A DNA stretch of 64,000 bases. Origin: a virus (taxonomy: Duplodnaviria > Caudoviricetes). Within the stretch, counting starts at the first letter, position 1. Every line of letters begins with the position of its first letter. Below the pieces are notes generated by a model. The model did not search any database and had not been told where the DNA came from. It was given only the letters and a program-made list of their open reading frames with translations. The position numbers were made by a program, and so were the translations under genes. The stretch lies in the IMG/VR virus record IMGVR_UViG_3300028833_000053, one strand, 5' to 3'. Below are positions 52,272 through 62,803 of this stretch, piece by piece.

Positions 52272-53534
52272 ATGGCACAACAAATTAAATTCTATGCTAC
52301 AACTTCTGCGTCCTATGATGCTCTTGTGGCTAGTGAATCAGTGAATGGTGCTGGCATATATTTCGTCGAAGGGGGCGAACTCTACAAGGGAACTTCACGT
52401 TTCGGTCTTGGACGAGTTACACTTGCCAGTTCCACCGCGGGGGTTGTAAACCCAGCTCGTGGTGATATTGTTGTCACTGGCTCCGGCGCTGGTTGGGTCT
52501 TTGACGGAACCAATTGGCAGAGCATTGGCGGTGACATTGGCACAATCACAAGTGCTTGGCAGTCTGACATTTCCGCAGCGGTTGAGGCTCTCGTTTCAAC
52601 CTTCACAACCGGTGACGCAGAGGGTCAGGTGAAGCTTGGTGATACCAATGCAACCGTCAATGGATGGTCTGATTTGGTTGGCAGCGTTTCTACAAATGCG
52701 ACAACTATTGCAAGTGTTTCTGAAAGGGTTACAGCCATTGAGAACATCGTGGATGCTTCTACCAACACGGTGACGGCAACTACGGGTTCCTTCTCCAACT
52801 TGAGCGTAGATTCTGCAACGTTCAATGCAACCACGGTTTCCGCTGGAACGCTTACTGTTGGTGGAAGCGACATCAGTGACCTGATTTCCGCTGGTGCAGA
52901 TGCAAGGATTTCTGCTGCCAAGTTGAGTGGTACTATTTCCACTTCTGACGGCGCGGGCCTTGTCAATGAAGGACAGGTTGTGAATTATGTTTCCGCCCAG
53001 CTTCAGAGTTTTGACAACGCGATGCACTTCAAGGGAGCTGGTACGTCCCTTCCTGCAAGCGCGGAGGCAGGTGACGTATATGTATTCACTGCCAACGCAA
53101 CAGACGAGTCTGGCTACAAGGCTGGACAAGAAGTTGTTTACACGGGTTCCGCCTGGGAAGTCATTGGCGACCAGAACACCTATGCAGTCGCGGCAACAGT
53201 TGACGCTTCTTGGTCAACCCTTGGAACTGCTGCGTTTGTAAACACGGCTGACACGGTTACGGCAGATGCCACCACGCTTCCTACATGCAGCGCAGTTGCG
53301 TCTTATGTTTCAAGCGAAATCGCTTCTGCAATCGGAGCCCTCGCAGGTTCTTCAAGTGACTCCGATAAGGGCGTTGCAGTTGAGGTTGTCACAGCCGACG
53401 GTGAGGTTTCTACCGTTGACGTGACGGTAACTCTTGACACCACGCTCAGTGCAAACGATAACAACGCTCCAACCACAAAGGCAGTCTACGATGCCCTTTG
53501 CTGGCTTGACGCTTCTGGTTCTGTCATCAGCTAA
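52272..53534 (+). CDS. Putative fibre or structural protein, Ala/Ser/Thr/Gly-rich
   Basis: GIYFVEGGELYKG; AMHFKG...GDVY...WEVIGD modules typical of phage fibres; GTAAATA at 52178. Confidence 0.6.
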   Translation: MAQQIKFYATTSASYDALVASESVNGAGIYFVEGGELYKGTSRFGLGRVTLASSTAGVVNPARGDIVVTGSGAGWVFDGTNWQSIGGDIGTITSAWQSDISAAVEALVSTFTTGDAEGQVKLGDTNATVNGWSDLVGSVSTNATTIASVSERVTAIENIVDASTNTVTATTGSFSNLSVDSATFNATTVSAGTLTVGGSDISDLISAGADARISAAKLSGTISTSDGAGLVNEGQVVNYVSAQLQSFDNAMHFKGAGTSLPASAEAGDVYVFTANATDESGYKAGQEVVYTGSAWEVIGDQNTYAVAATVDASWSTLGTAAFVNTADTVTADATTLPTCSAVASYVSSEIASAIGALAGSSSDSDKGVAVEVVTADGEVSTVDVTVTLDTTLSANDNNAPTTKAVYDALCWLDASGSVIS

Positions 53535-53648
53535 TGAAACGACAAAGAGATAGCAATATCTCTCTTCACACAATGGTGTTCGGGGATTTCTCCGAACATC
53601 ATTTGTTTTTAGTATAATTGTCATAGTATATAAAGCAAAGGAAAATCC

Positions 53649-54701
53649 ATGGCAACCAAGAAAAAGACTACCGCTACGAAGAAAACCACAACTTCAAGGA
53701 AAAAGAAGTCAACAGCAAAGGCAAAGAAACTCCAAATTCTAGTTCCACAGTACAAGGAAACTGAGGAAGTGTTGAAGTCGCTTCTTGATTCAATCGCGCT
53801 TCAACAGGGCATTGATTTCAAGGACGTGGGCGTTATCATCGTGAATGACGGCTACCCGAAGTCAAAGCTTTCCGACGAATTCATCAAGTCCTATCCTTTC
53901 CAGATTGACTACTATATGGAAGAGCACCGTGGGGTTTCGGGCACTAGAAACTCCTGTCTTGATCACGCCACTGCGGATTATGTCATGTTCTGCGATGCGG
54001 ACGACATGTTCTTTTCCATGGTTGGATTGAACGTGATGATGGTGGAAATGGACAAGGGTTTCAACTCCCTCACCACGAAGTTCTATGAGGAAGTTCTGCG
54101 TGGAGACAAGTTCTGGTTCACGGAGCACAAGCAAGACAGAACGTTCGTCCATGGAAAGTTCCACAAGAGGCAATATCTCATTGACAAGAACATCCGCTTC
54201 AACGATTCCCTTATGGTGCATGAGGATTCCTATTTCAACTACATGGCTACAACCTTGGCAGACGACCCCAATACCATAAAGTATTCCGACGTGCCAATCT
54301 ACCTTTGGAAGTGGCGTGACGAGTCCGTTTGCAGGCATGACCCATTGTACATGCAGAAGACCTACAAGAACTATCTTGATTCTGTCACCGCGCTTGTAGA
54401 GCAATTGATTGTAAGGGGGAAACTGGACAACGCAAAGATTCTCATCTGCACACAGATGTTCGACACCTACTATCTGATGAACACGCCAAGCTGGTTGAAG
54501 CAAGACAACCAAGAATATCGCATTGACACGGAGAGGAGATTCAAGGCGTTTTACGAGAAGTACGCTTGCATATTTGACAACGTGGAGAAACCCTTGAAGA
54601 TGAACATTTCCAATCAGGTCCGAGCCAACAAGATAAAGGCCGGCATGGAACTTGAAAACCAGACGTTTGAGCAATGGATTGACTACATCAAGGGTCTGTA
54701 A
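53649..54701 (+). CDS. Glycosyltransferase family 2
   Basis: ILVPQY, IIVNDG, GVSGTRN, FCDADD, HED. Confidence 0.9.
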   Translation: MATKKKTTATKKTTTSRKKKSTAKAKKLQILVPQYKETEEVLKSLLDSIALQQGIDFKDVGVIIVNDGYPKSKLSDEFIKSYPFQIDYYMEEHRGVSGTRNSCLDHATADYVMFCDADDMFFSMVGLNVMMVEMDKGFNSLTTKFYEEVLRGDKFWFTEHKQDRTFVHGKFHKRQYLIDKNIRFNDSLMVHEDSYFNYMATTLADDPNTIKYSDVPIYLWKWRDESVCRHDPLYMQKTYKNYLDSVTALVEQLIVRGKLDNAKILICTQMFDTYYLMNTPSWLKQDNQEYRIDTERRFKAFYEKYACIFDNVEKPLKMNISNQVRANKIKAGMELENQTFEQWIDYIKGL

Positions 54702-55023
54702 AATACATATCGTAGCGTGGAAAGTGAAGATGGGAATGTGAGTTTCCCATCTTTATTTTTATTTCAATTTGTGGTATAATGTATCTGGACTATATTGAAA
54801 GGACATATGCAATGAGCAATTCGACAAAAGTTTCCGTGGGTGGAACAAGTTTCACGAACCTTCTTTTCCTGGTTTTTCTTGTGTTGAAACTGACGAAGGT
54901 TATTGACTGGAGTTGGTGGTGGGTGACCGCTCCGCTTTGGATTCCATTCAGCCTGATTCTGGTTTTTCTGATTTTGGTTGCTATTGCTTCATCTTCTTCA
55001 GGAAGAAGATGGTAAATACCATC

Positions 55024-55668
55024 ATGGAAATTGTGAAGAAGATAAAGGACAAGTTGTATTAGTTGTGGGCGAAGTTCCTCACGTACTTTGGGAAGATAAA
55101 GATATTGAGCTTCAATTTCTTTCCCGTGCTTGTATATGATCCCGATCCATTTCAGGTTACTGGATATGACATCACCGAGATAATGAAGTTGATAAAGCCG
55201 GGTGACGTTCTCATACGCGGCTACAACAAGTACCTTGACGGGAAGTTCATTCCAGACGAGAGGGGGTATTCACACGCAGGGCTTTACATTGGGGGAAACG
55301 AGGTCATACATTCAGTTGCACCGAAGGTTTGCATTACGCACCTCATAGATTTCTGCGAAGCAGACCGCATAATGGTGTTGCGTCCGATTTGCGGACAAGA
55401 CGAAGCCATAACGATAGCGAAGAGCAAGATTGACGTTCCCTATGACTTTGACTTCAAGTCCGACATAGGGAAGTTGTACTGCTTTGAACTTATAGCCAAT
55501 TGCTATCCACAGGCGAACATACAGACATACACACTGAAGAAACTGTTTGGTATAATTAAGAGAAAGTGCTACATAGCGAAGTCGATATACCTGAATCCGT
55601 ACTTTGACATTGTATTTGAAAGGAACGTCAAGAATGAAACTGGAGCAAGATGTTTGTGGGAAAATTGA
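55024..55668 (+). CDS. Permuted papain-like NlpC/P60 (YiiX/YebB-like) hydrolase; TAG at codon 13
   Basis: KPGDVLI, YSHAGLY, PYDFDF, LYCFELIANCY; ATG 55024, TAG 55060. Confidence 0.8.
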
Positions 55669-57139
55669 GAACGCCCCCACGTTGCTGGAGAAAGTCAAGA
55701 TTTTATTGAACGAAGCTCATATGTCTGACGTGGTATATGAGACAAAGGAAACCGACAGTTCCAAGGTTCAAGACATTGCGTTGATTCAGTGTTTTTACGG
55801 AACCGACATCCGAAGGATAAGGGCAACAACACAGGCAATTGAATTCAACTTGCACATGACAAGCAAACCATCATCTTGGGTTTTCGTTGAATGTCAAACA
55901 AAGAAGTCCGAATGCGCCTTTACTTGGTTGAAGAAGTATGGCATCAAGCATGTGTTTGTTCCAATGAAAGCGAACAGCAAGGGAATCATGCTCAAGAACC
56001 CCTTATGGAACATTGGGGCTATGAATTGCAAGGAGCAGAAGTTGTGTTTCGTTGACAGTGACGTTGTGTTGTGCAACTCCGATTGGGTGGAAAAGACGGC
56101 CCGGGAATTCGAGTCAGGCTATGACGTTCTTTCCTTGGCATCGCATCAATACTACCAATCGGATGATTCTTGCAAGTTGTATGAAACCATTGGGTACAAG
56201 TGGAAGAACAAGTCAACGGTTGAAAACGGACATTGTGGATTCACCCTTGGAATCACGCGAGGTCTTTTTGAGAAGATTGGGAAGTTTGATCCAACGTTGA
56301 TACTTGCGGACATTGACACGTTCCACAAGATAATAGGGGACAAGTATTTCAAGCCTTTCCAGAAATGGTGGTTTCCAACCAATCCCACGTTAGTAAACAG
56401 GGGATTCAACTGTCAATTCGGGTATGTTGACAACATTGCCTGTCATGTTTGGCATGGTGATTGTGAATCAAAGTATGATGACATAACCACGTTGTTGCGA
56501 AAATGTGGCATGAAAGACATCCTTGACTGTCTTGACAATTGCAAATTGCCGACATGGAACATTTCAACGTCAAGAAATATGGCACTAAAAAACGTCATGT
56601 TGCGGTATCAAAAATATATGTCATTGGATGAAGAGACACGAAATGGAAAGTCCTTTGATATGATGGGGGAATACTATTCTGAATTGGAGAACTTATCTGG
56701 AAAAATAGATGATGCTCATCCGTTGATTATATGCACCGTGGTTGAAGATGGATTCAATGTCAAGTTGACGGATTTTCTTGAGTTTAAGCAACATGTGGAA
56801 AAGGAATTTTCCCATTCCAAATTGAAACCCCAGGTTTTGTTCTTTACCGACTGTGATGAATTTGATTTTGCATCTGTTGAAGTGAATATAGTTCCTATAC
56901 AAAGTGGACTCTCAGAAAATGAATACATTGAATTCATAATGGGTAATGCACAGATATATCCAAAAAATGCCATATTGTACTATATTCCATTTGATTTGCA
57001 AAAGTTCAATGTAAAATTGGGGATTCCAAGCCAGAAGATGGAATTTTATGATGGAACTATTCTCATTCCAACATCAACAAATACTTCAATACAAAACAAT
57101 AAGAAATCAAGAAAACTTATGAAGTTGATTTCCAAATAA
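55634..57139 (+). CDS. Glycosyltransferase-like protein (GT-A fold)
   Basis: KNPLWNIG, FVDSDV (DxD), GKFD, HVWHG. Confidence 0.6.
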   Translation: MKLEQDVCGKIENAPTLLEKVKILLNEAHMSDVVYETKETDSSKVQDIALIQCFYGTDIRRIRATTQAIEFNLHMTSKPSSWVFVECQTKKSECAFTWLKKYGIKHVFVPMKANSKGIMLKNPLWNIGAMNCKEQKLCFVDSDVVLCNSDWVEKTAREFESGYDVLSLASHQYYQSDDSCKLYETIGYKWKNKSTVENGHCGFTLGITRGLFEKIGKFDPTLILADIDTFHKIIGDKYFKPFQKWWFPTNPTLVNRGFNCQFGYVDNIACHVWHGDCESKYDDITTLLRKCGMKDILDCLDNCKLPTWNISTSRNMALKNVMLRYQKYMSLDEETRNGKSFDMMGEYYSELENLSGKIDDAHPLIICTVVEDGFNVKLTDFLEFKQHVEKEFSHSKLKPQVLFFTDCDEFDFASVEVNIVPIQSGLSENEYIEFIMGNAQIYPKNAILYYIPFDLQKFNVKLGIPSQKMEFYDGTILIPTSTNTSIQNNKKSRKLMKLISK

Positions 57140-57210
57140 CCCAAATATGCTTGTGCCTTTATTTGTCTTTTTTGGTAAATAATGTATATTAGGCGAATGA
57201 GACACATAGA

Positions 57211-57759
57211 ATGGGCAATTTCTATATAAAAACATTGAATGTAACTGGAAACAGGCTGTTTTCCAATGAGAAAAATCCATTGGACATTCCTCCGTTGCCA
57301 GAGCCAGAGAAGGTTTAGATTCCTGAAGCCAAACCATAGAGGTTGTCTATCGTATGGTGGAGGCATCCAAAGGACGAGCCGAAGGATTGGAAGGAACTGA
57401 AAAGCATTCCACCACCGCCCTGGGCGCCGCCGCCACCACCTCCTCCCATTCCTCCACCTACACCGGCTCCGACTCCTCCGCCAAAACCACCTACACCATA
57501 TAGTCCATATTCCGACCCGGATACGGACAAGCCTGGTGTCATTCCATACATAAGGCCGATCAAGGGTGTTTTGCAGCGTGGCACTATTCATTGTGTTTGG
57601 ATTAAGGGCAAGAAGCCACCACCCCCTCCACCTCCGCCAATTCCACCACCACCATTCCCGGTTCCCCCTCCTCCGCCAGGACAATCCATTCCTTTGGTGA
57701 ATCCAATGCAGCAATGGGGACAATATATGTACTAGGCGTTTCCAAATCAACCACGTTGA
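57211..57759 (+). CDS. Polyproline-rich protein (182 aa), three in-frame TAGs
   Basis: ATG 57211; TAG at 57316, 57337 and 57733; TGA at 57757; GTAAATA at 57175. Confidence 0.7.
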
Positions 57760-57790
57760 TTTGTGTAAATACTTGAAAGGAATCTGAACA

Positions 57791-58438
57791 GTGGTTAACT
57801 ACTTTTACATATCGGACGTACATTTTGGCTATCAGACAGACACAAATCCCATAAGGCGGACGTCCTATCAACTTACTTTCTCGCATTACAAGTTGAACGG
57901 TCCAAAGGACTATGACAACAGATTGACAAACAACTGGAACGCCATAGTGAAACCAACGGACCATGTTTTCATTCTTGGGGACATTTCCTGCTACGACACG
58001 AAAACCACGGTGAACTTGTTGAAGAACTTGAAGGGGCAGAAGCACCTCATATTGGGAAACCACGATTATCAGTTCCTTCACGATAATGACTTCCGCGGCC
58101 AGTTCGTTGAAATCAAGAACTACAAGGAGCAGAACATTGGGGATGGCGTGAGACTTATTCTCACTCATTATCCATTTTATACGTGGAATGGACGTTACAA
58201 AGGCAATCCAATGTTCTACGGTCACGTCCACAATACCTGGGAATATGACTCCTTCAAACAGTGCCAGGAAGCCCTGTACAAGTCATAGAACGAAAACTAT
58301 CCCTTGAACTCCTTGAACGTTGGCAGCATGATGCCTTGGATGAATATGACGCCGAGGAGCTTCCAATTCTGCATGAATGAAATGCAGAAGCAGCAAGACG
58401 AAGAAATTAGGCAGTTTCACATCTAGGGAATGAAATGA
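57791..58438 (+). CDS. Metallophosphoesterase; two in-frame TAGs near the C-terminus
   Basis: SDVHFG, LGD, GNHD, THYP, GHVH; the family-like NVGSMMPWMNMTP segment lies after TAG 58286. Confidence 0.85.
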
Positions 58439-58861
58439 GGTATAATTGTTGTGAAGGAAACTTTGCAACATGACACAAGTACCATATCTTGAGGAAATCA
58501 TATCCTCCGTACCAAACCGAACCTATCGCCGTTTCAGAAAGCCAAAGGATGAAGTAATTTTCGTTGACTTGGACAAGGCAATCGCGGCGCGTCCATACAA
58601 GGGCAACACGGTGTCTTCCGGAAACGATGGACATGAATATGAGAAAACGGAAGAACTCATTGACATATACTATCCAGGTGGGGTTGTCATAACAACACTA
58701 TACACTGGATCGATAAGGGGTTTCTGGTTCACCAACAACAAGTCAATCAGTCTTGACCAATACCACGATGCAACACGCAGCTTGGGCAATAACTACAGGC
58801 AGTTGCCACACAACACCAACGACTCCGACCAAAGCGGTCTCATTTGAAAGGATATACATTT

Positions 58862-59683
58862 ATGGAATTGAACGAGAGAGAGAAGAACATCGTAAACCTC
58901 ATCAACCAATTGTCGGAAGCTGCTTCCGACGAGGCAACTACCCAAGATGCCATTGACAGGATTTTAGGGAACATCAAGCAGGAAACGGCTTCTGACATAA
59001 GGCATCAGATGGAAAACGTTGACAAACTCCCAGAACGTCCGAAGATTCCAATACCGGATGTCGGCCACACAAACGACTTGGCGAACATCATAGCGAACGA
59101 TCAAAAGAGAATGGCAGAGGCTATGGCGCACCAGCATACCCACGCCACGCCAAGGAGTCCGCTTATATTCACGCGCATAAGGGAGGTAAAGGCGCCGGTG
59201 AAAGCGCATCCAACCGACGCGGGAATAGACTTCTTCGTTCCAGATGCAAAGGCTTGGACTGACGAATACAAGTCAATGGTCAGGACATACTCCAAGAACC
59301 CGGACAACCAGGATCTTGTGTTCATAGGCGTGAATGGCGTTGAGGTTGCTCCGGGTGCGCACGTTGCAATTCCATCTGGCATCAAGACAATCATTCCACC
59401 AGGTTTGGCTATGATGATGGTGAACAAGTCTGGGGTTGCTACCAAGATGAAACTTGATCACTCCGCTTGTCTCATTGACTCGGAGTACCGTGATGAACTC
59501 ATTTTCTGCTTCTTCAACAACAATCAGGACAGAGTTTTGATTGAACCTGGAATGAAAATCACCCAGGGGCTTATAGTGCCCGTCATAAATCTTGGAATTC
59601 AGGAAGTTTTGAATCGAGTTTATGAAGATATGGGCAAGCAATCCGACCGGGGTGGCGGTTTTGGCTCATCTGGACAAAAGTAA
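58862..59683 (+). CDS. dut: Trimeric dUTPase with an N-terminal extension
   Basis: DAGIDF, NKSGVA, LIDSEYR, KITQ, RGGGFGSSG. Confidence 0.9.
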   Translation: MELNEREKNIVNLINQLSEAASDEATTQDAIDRILGNIKQETASDIRHQMENVDKLPERPKIPIPDVGHTNDLANIIANDQKRMAEAMAHQHTHATPRSPLIFTRIREVKAPVKAHPTDAGIDFFVPDAKAWTDEYKSMVRTYSKNPDNQDLVFIGVNGVEVAPGAHVAIPSGIKTIIPPGLAMMMVNKSGVATKMKLDHSACLIDSEYRDELIFCFFNNNQDRVLIEPGMKITQGLIVPVINLGIQEVLNRVYEDMGKQSDRGGGFGSSGQK

Positions 59684-61042
59684 ACTTTTAGACAAAAATG
59701 AAATAATTTCTCAAACCCCCTTGCTTTTCTGACGGCAATATGATATACTGTTGGTGTCAAGGGAAAACAAGGAGTAGAGAAAATGACGAGAAAAGAGTTG
59801 GTTGATTTGTTGGTTGCCAACTACGCCGAGGATGACGAGGTGTATGTTCGCTATCTTGACGACCAAGGAGAGTGCGTTGACAAGGTGAAGGGCGTTGATG
59901 ACGTGATCCAGACCTACTGCAACGGACACTATGAGGTTCGTGGCGCGAATGGCGAATGGGAGAAACTGAAGGATGGCGATTCTTTGTGGAATTACACGAC
60001 AGACAACTCCAGATATGTTACTGACCACAAGTATGACAGGACGCGCAAGTGCATTGTGGTTTGATTAAGTCAAGGAGTTGAGTGCAATGGACATCCGCAA
60101 GCATCGTTTCGTACCAAACTTCTCCACCGCAACCCGCGTGATTGTGGACAAGAAGCGCAAGCAGAAGTCCCGCAAGTTTCTGAACAATCCCAAGAACTGG
60201 AGGTGAAGACAATGGATGACAATGACAATGAAATACCAATCCCCCGTACTGTGGGGGAAATGATTGAGTTCCTTCAGAAGTTTCCGAAGGACCGCACACT
60301 TGACATCTACTATGTGGAACACGACGATGGCGGAGATTACGAAACTTCCGCATATTTCATGGAGTTTCAGGAACTCACGGACTATGGTTCGCTTGAACTC
60401 ACCATCAAGTAAAGAAGGAGAAGAGAAAATGAAAACCAATGGATTCATTACCCGCAAGTTTGGCCGTCTGGAGTGCGACCGCAAGATGCTTGAAATGCGT
60501 CTGCGTTGCATTGACGAGACCATCGAGGAACTGCTTAAGGAGGCAATCAGCCTTGCACGTCTCAAGAAGCGTTGCAAGCGCAATCTCACCAAGGTGAACG
60601 AGAACCTGTCCAAGCTGGCTCCGCGCCTCAAATGCGAGGAAGTTGTGGCCGAGAAGGTGCTTTCCCTTCCCGGACTTGAAGTGTCAACCGAAGGACTGGC
60701 AGAGTTGTTTTGAGAAAGGAGATTGAAAAATGCCGATGATAAGTGAAGAGGACAAGATGAAGTTGCTTGAGGAAATCAGCGACATGACCTTTGTTGCGAG
60801 GTGGCTTGACAAGCGCATTGGCATGGAGTGCAACGCCAAGTGCAAGGAACTTCTCAACAAGACCCGTGATTACGTCAAGACCTCCATTGAAGTGCATTGG
60901 GCAGACATAAAGAACTTGACCTGAAAAAATCTGAAATTTTTTCGGAAAAGACTTTACAAGTCCCGTTGTATGACGTATAATAAAGTATGATTTGGAAGAC
61001 CCAATGATGGGGAATCCTATAACAAAGAAAGAAGAAAACAAA

Positions 61043-61303
61043 ATGAAGAAGACCATGAAGAAGTCCACGAAGTCCATCACCGCGCCCAAGGCCGTTCTCG
61101 TGAAGCCGACCGCCTCCTACACGAAGGATGAGGTCCGTTCCATCCTGCAGCTTTCCAAGGGCACCGCCCTCACGCGCCGTCCTGGCATGAATGGCCGTGG
61201 CAAGATTCCTGGCACCGCCGTCATCGCTTACCTTGAGAGCGCGAAGCGCGTCAAGGCTGGCCGCCGTTATGCGTCCGGCACGGTCACGGTTGTTGCCCGC
61301 TAA
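61043..61303 (+). CDS. Small basic protein, possibly DNA-binding
   Basis: Lys/Arg-rich; own promoter TTTACA-N17-TATAAT and downstream hairpins. Confidence 0.55.
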   Translation: MKKTMKKSTKSITAPKAVLVKPTASYTKDEVRSILQLSKGTALTRRPGMNGRGKIPGTAVIAYLESAKRVKAGRRYASGTVTVVAR

Positions 61304-61429
61304 TCTAAAGTTCCCTTGACCTCCATTTATTATTGAGGGAACGAGGTGGCTCCGAGTGGAGTCACCTTTTGTTTTACATATTGCGTACTTTGTTGTATAA
61401 TGTGGTATAACCAGAGGAAACATTTTATC

Positions 61430-62461
61430 ATGGAACAGACAACAAAGAAACGTGGCAAGAAGCCGAACAACGCAAATTCCAGAATGTACGTCAACGTCAA
61501 CCGTCAGAAGAAGGGGTATAAGGACAAGTACAAGGTTGAGACGGACAACGCGCTGCGCAAGTTCAAGGCAGATATGGGAAAGCCGGAAGACTATGAATTG
61601 ACGGAGCAAGAATGGCGCAGGTTCTTCACGACAATTTTGATTCCACTTGACCGCGAACGCGAAGTTAAGATGATTGACATGTTCAGAAGCGACCGCCCCC
61701 AGTTGAACAACCTTCTCATTCTACATAACGCCAAGGCCGGGGAAAACCTTGCCGAAGTCTATTTCAAGAAGTACCTCAAGAACTGCCCTACAAAGTGGTA
61801 TGATCTTGAGGACTTCAAGCAGTTGGCGAACGAGGGACTGGCAATAGCCGCAAAGAAGTTCGACCTTGACTACAAGAACCGCTTTCTGACATATGCAACG
61901 TGGTGGATATTGAACAAGGTGAGAAAGCCATACCAGGACAAGGGCGCAATGCTTACGCATACTTCCCTCTCCGCGCCAGCAGATTCATCGGACGACACCA
62001 ACCAAACAACCGTTGAGGACATTTTGGCACCCGACAAGATTATGCCTGGGTGGGAATCCTCCAGTGATGGGGATGACAACTCAAACCCATTGGACGTTCT
62101 TGAACGCAGGGATTCGGAGGAGAACCACAACCTCTACGCAGCCATAAAGACTTTGAAGCCAAACACATTGGAAACATTGGACAAAAACAAGGCAAGGCAA
62201 ATGATGGACTACCTTGTGTCCATCGTGGAGCAAAACGAAAACTCCTATGACAACAAGCAGATTTTCCTATATCTGTTCAGAAAGATATTCAACAAGTGTT
62301 CCACCATCTTCAAGGACTCCGAACCCCAAAGCAGAATAACGTCCTATGTGTCGGAAGCGGCCAAATCCAAGGCCGAACTGTTGAAGCGGTTGAACATGGA
62401 TGAGAAGCAATATGAGATTGCCTGCCAGAGATTGACAAGGGGTGGCTACAATGGCGTATAA
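61430..62461 (+). CDS. Second sigma-factor-like protein (region 2 recognisable)
   Basis: LILHN...LEDFKQLANEGLAIAAKKFDLDYKNRFLTYATWWI. Confidence 0.75.
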   Translation: MEQTTKKRGKKPNNANSRMYVNVNRQKKGYKDKYKVETDNALRKFKADMGKPEDYELTEQEWRRFFTTILIPLDREREVKMIDMFRSDRPQLNNLLILHNAKAGENLAEVYFKKYLKNCPTKWYDLEDFKQLANEGLAIAAKKFDLDYKNRFLTYATWWILNKVRKPYQDKGAMLTHTSLSAPADSSDDTNQTTVEDILAPDKIMPGWESSSDGDDNSNPLDVLERRDSEENHNLYAAIKTLKPNTLETLDKNKARQMMDYLVSIVEQNENSYDNKQIFLYLFRKIFNKCSTIFKDSEPQSRITSYVSEAAKSKAELLKRLNMDEKQYEIACQRLTRGGYNGV

Positions 62462-62786
62462 GAAAAAGTCTGATGGTTCAACAAAACCCAGTCTTGACCT
62501 CTTCATGATTCTGGGAAACATTCTCGTTGACAAGGACGAGAGGATATATGAAAGCCACGTCCAAAACGAACTGTTCCAGTCCGTGTTCTCAACTTTCATG
62601 GTGGTGCGCTATCTTTCCATGAACTCAAACCCCAATGTACGGAAGATTGCCCTTGACTATCTGCCTATGTTGGAAAAGGTGGCGGACAAGCCAGAAATGG
62701 TGTATAAACTTCTGCTTAAGGTTGTGCCAAAGACCTACAACCGGTTCACGCCATACATTAAGTCCGGATTTCCAAGGGCGAACTAA
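62451..62786 (+). CDS. Possible T4 gp62-like clamp loader small subunit
   Basis: FSTFMVVRYLSM...YKLLLKVVPK...FTPYIK pattern and size. Confidence 0.45.
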   Translation: MAYKKKSDGSTKPSLDLFMILGNILVDKDERIYESHVQNELFQSVFSTFMVVRYLSMNSNPNVRKIALDYLPMLEKVADKPEMVYKLLLKVVPKTYNRFTPYIKSGFPRAN

Positions 62787-62803
62787 TATGTTGTATAATG
62801 TAA

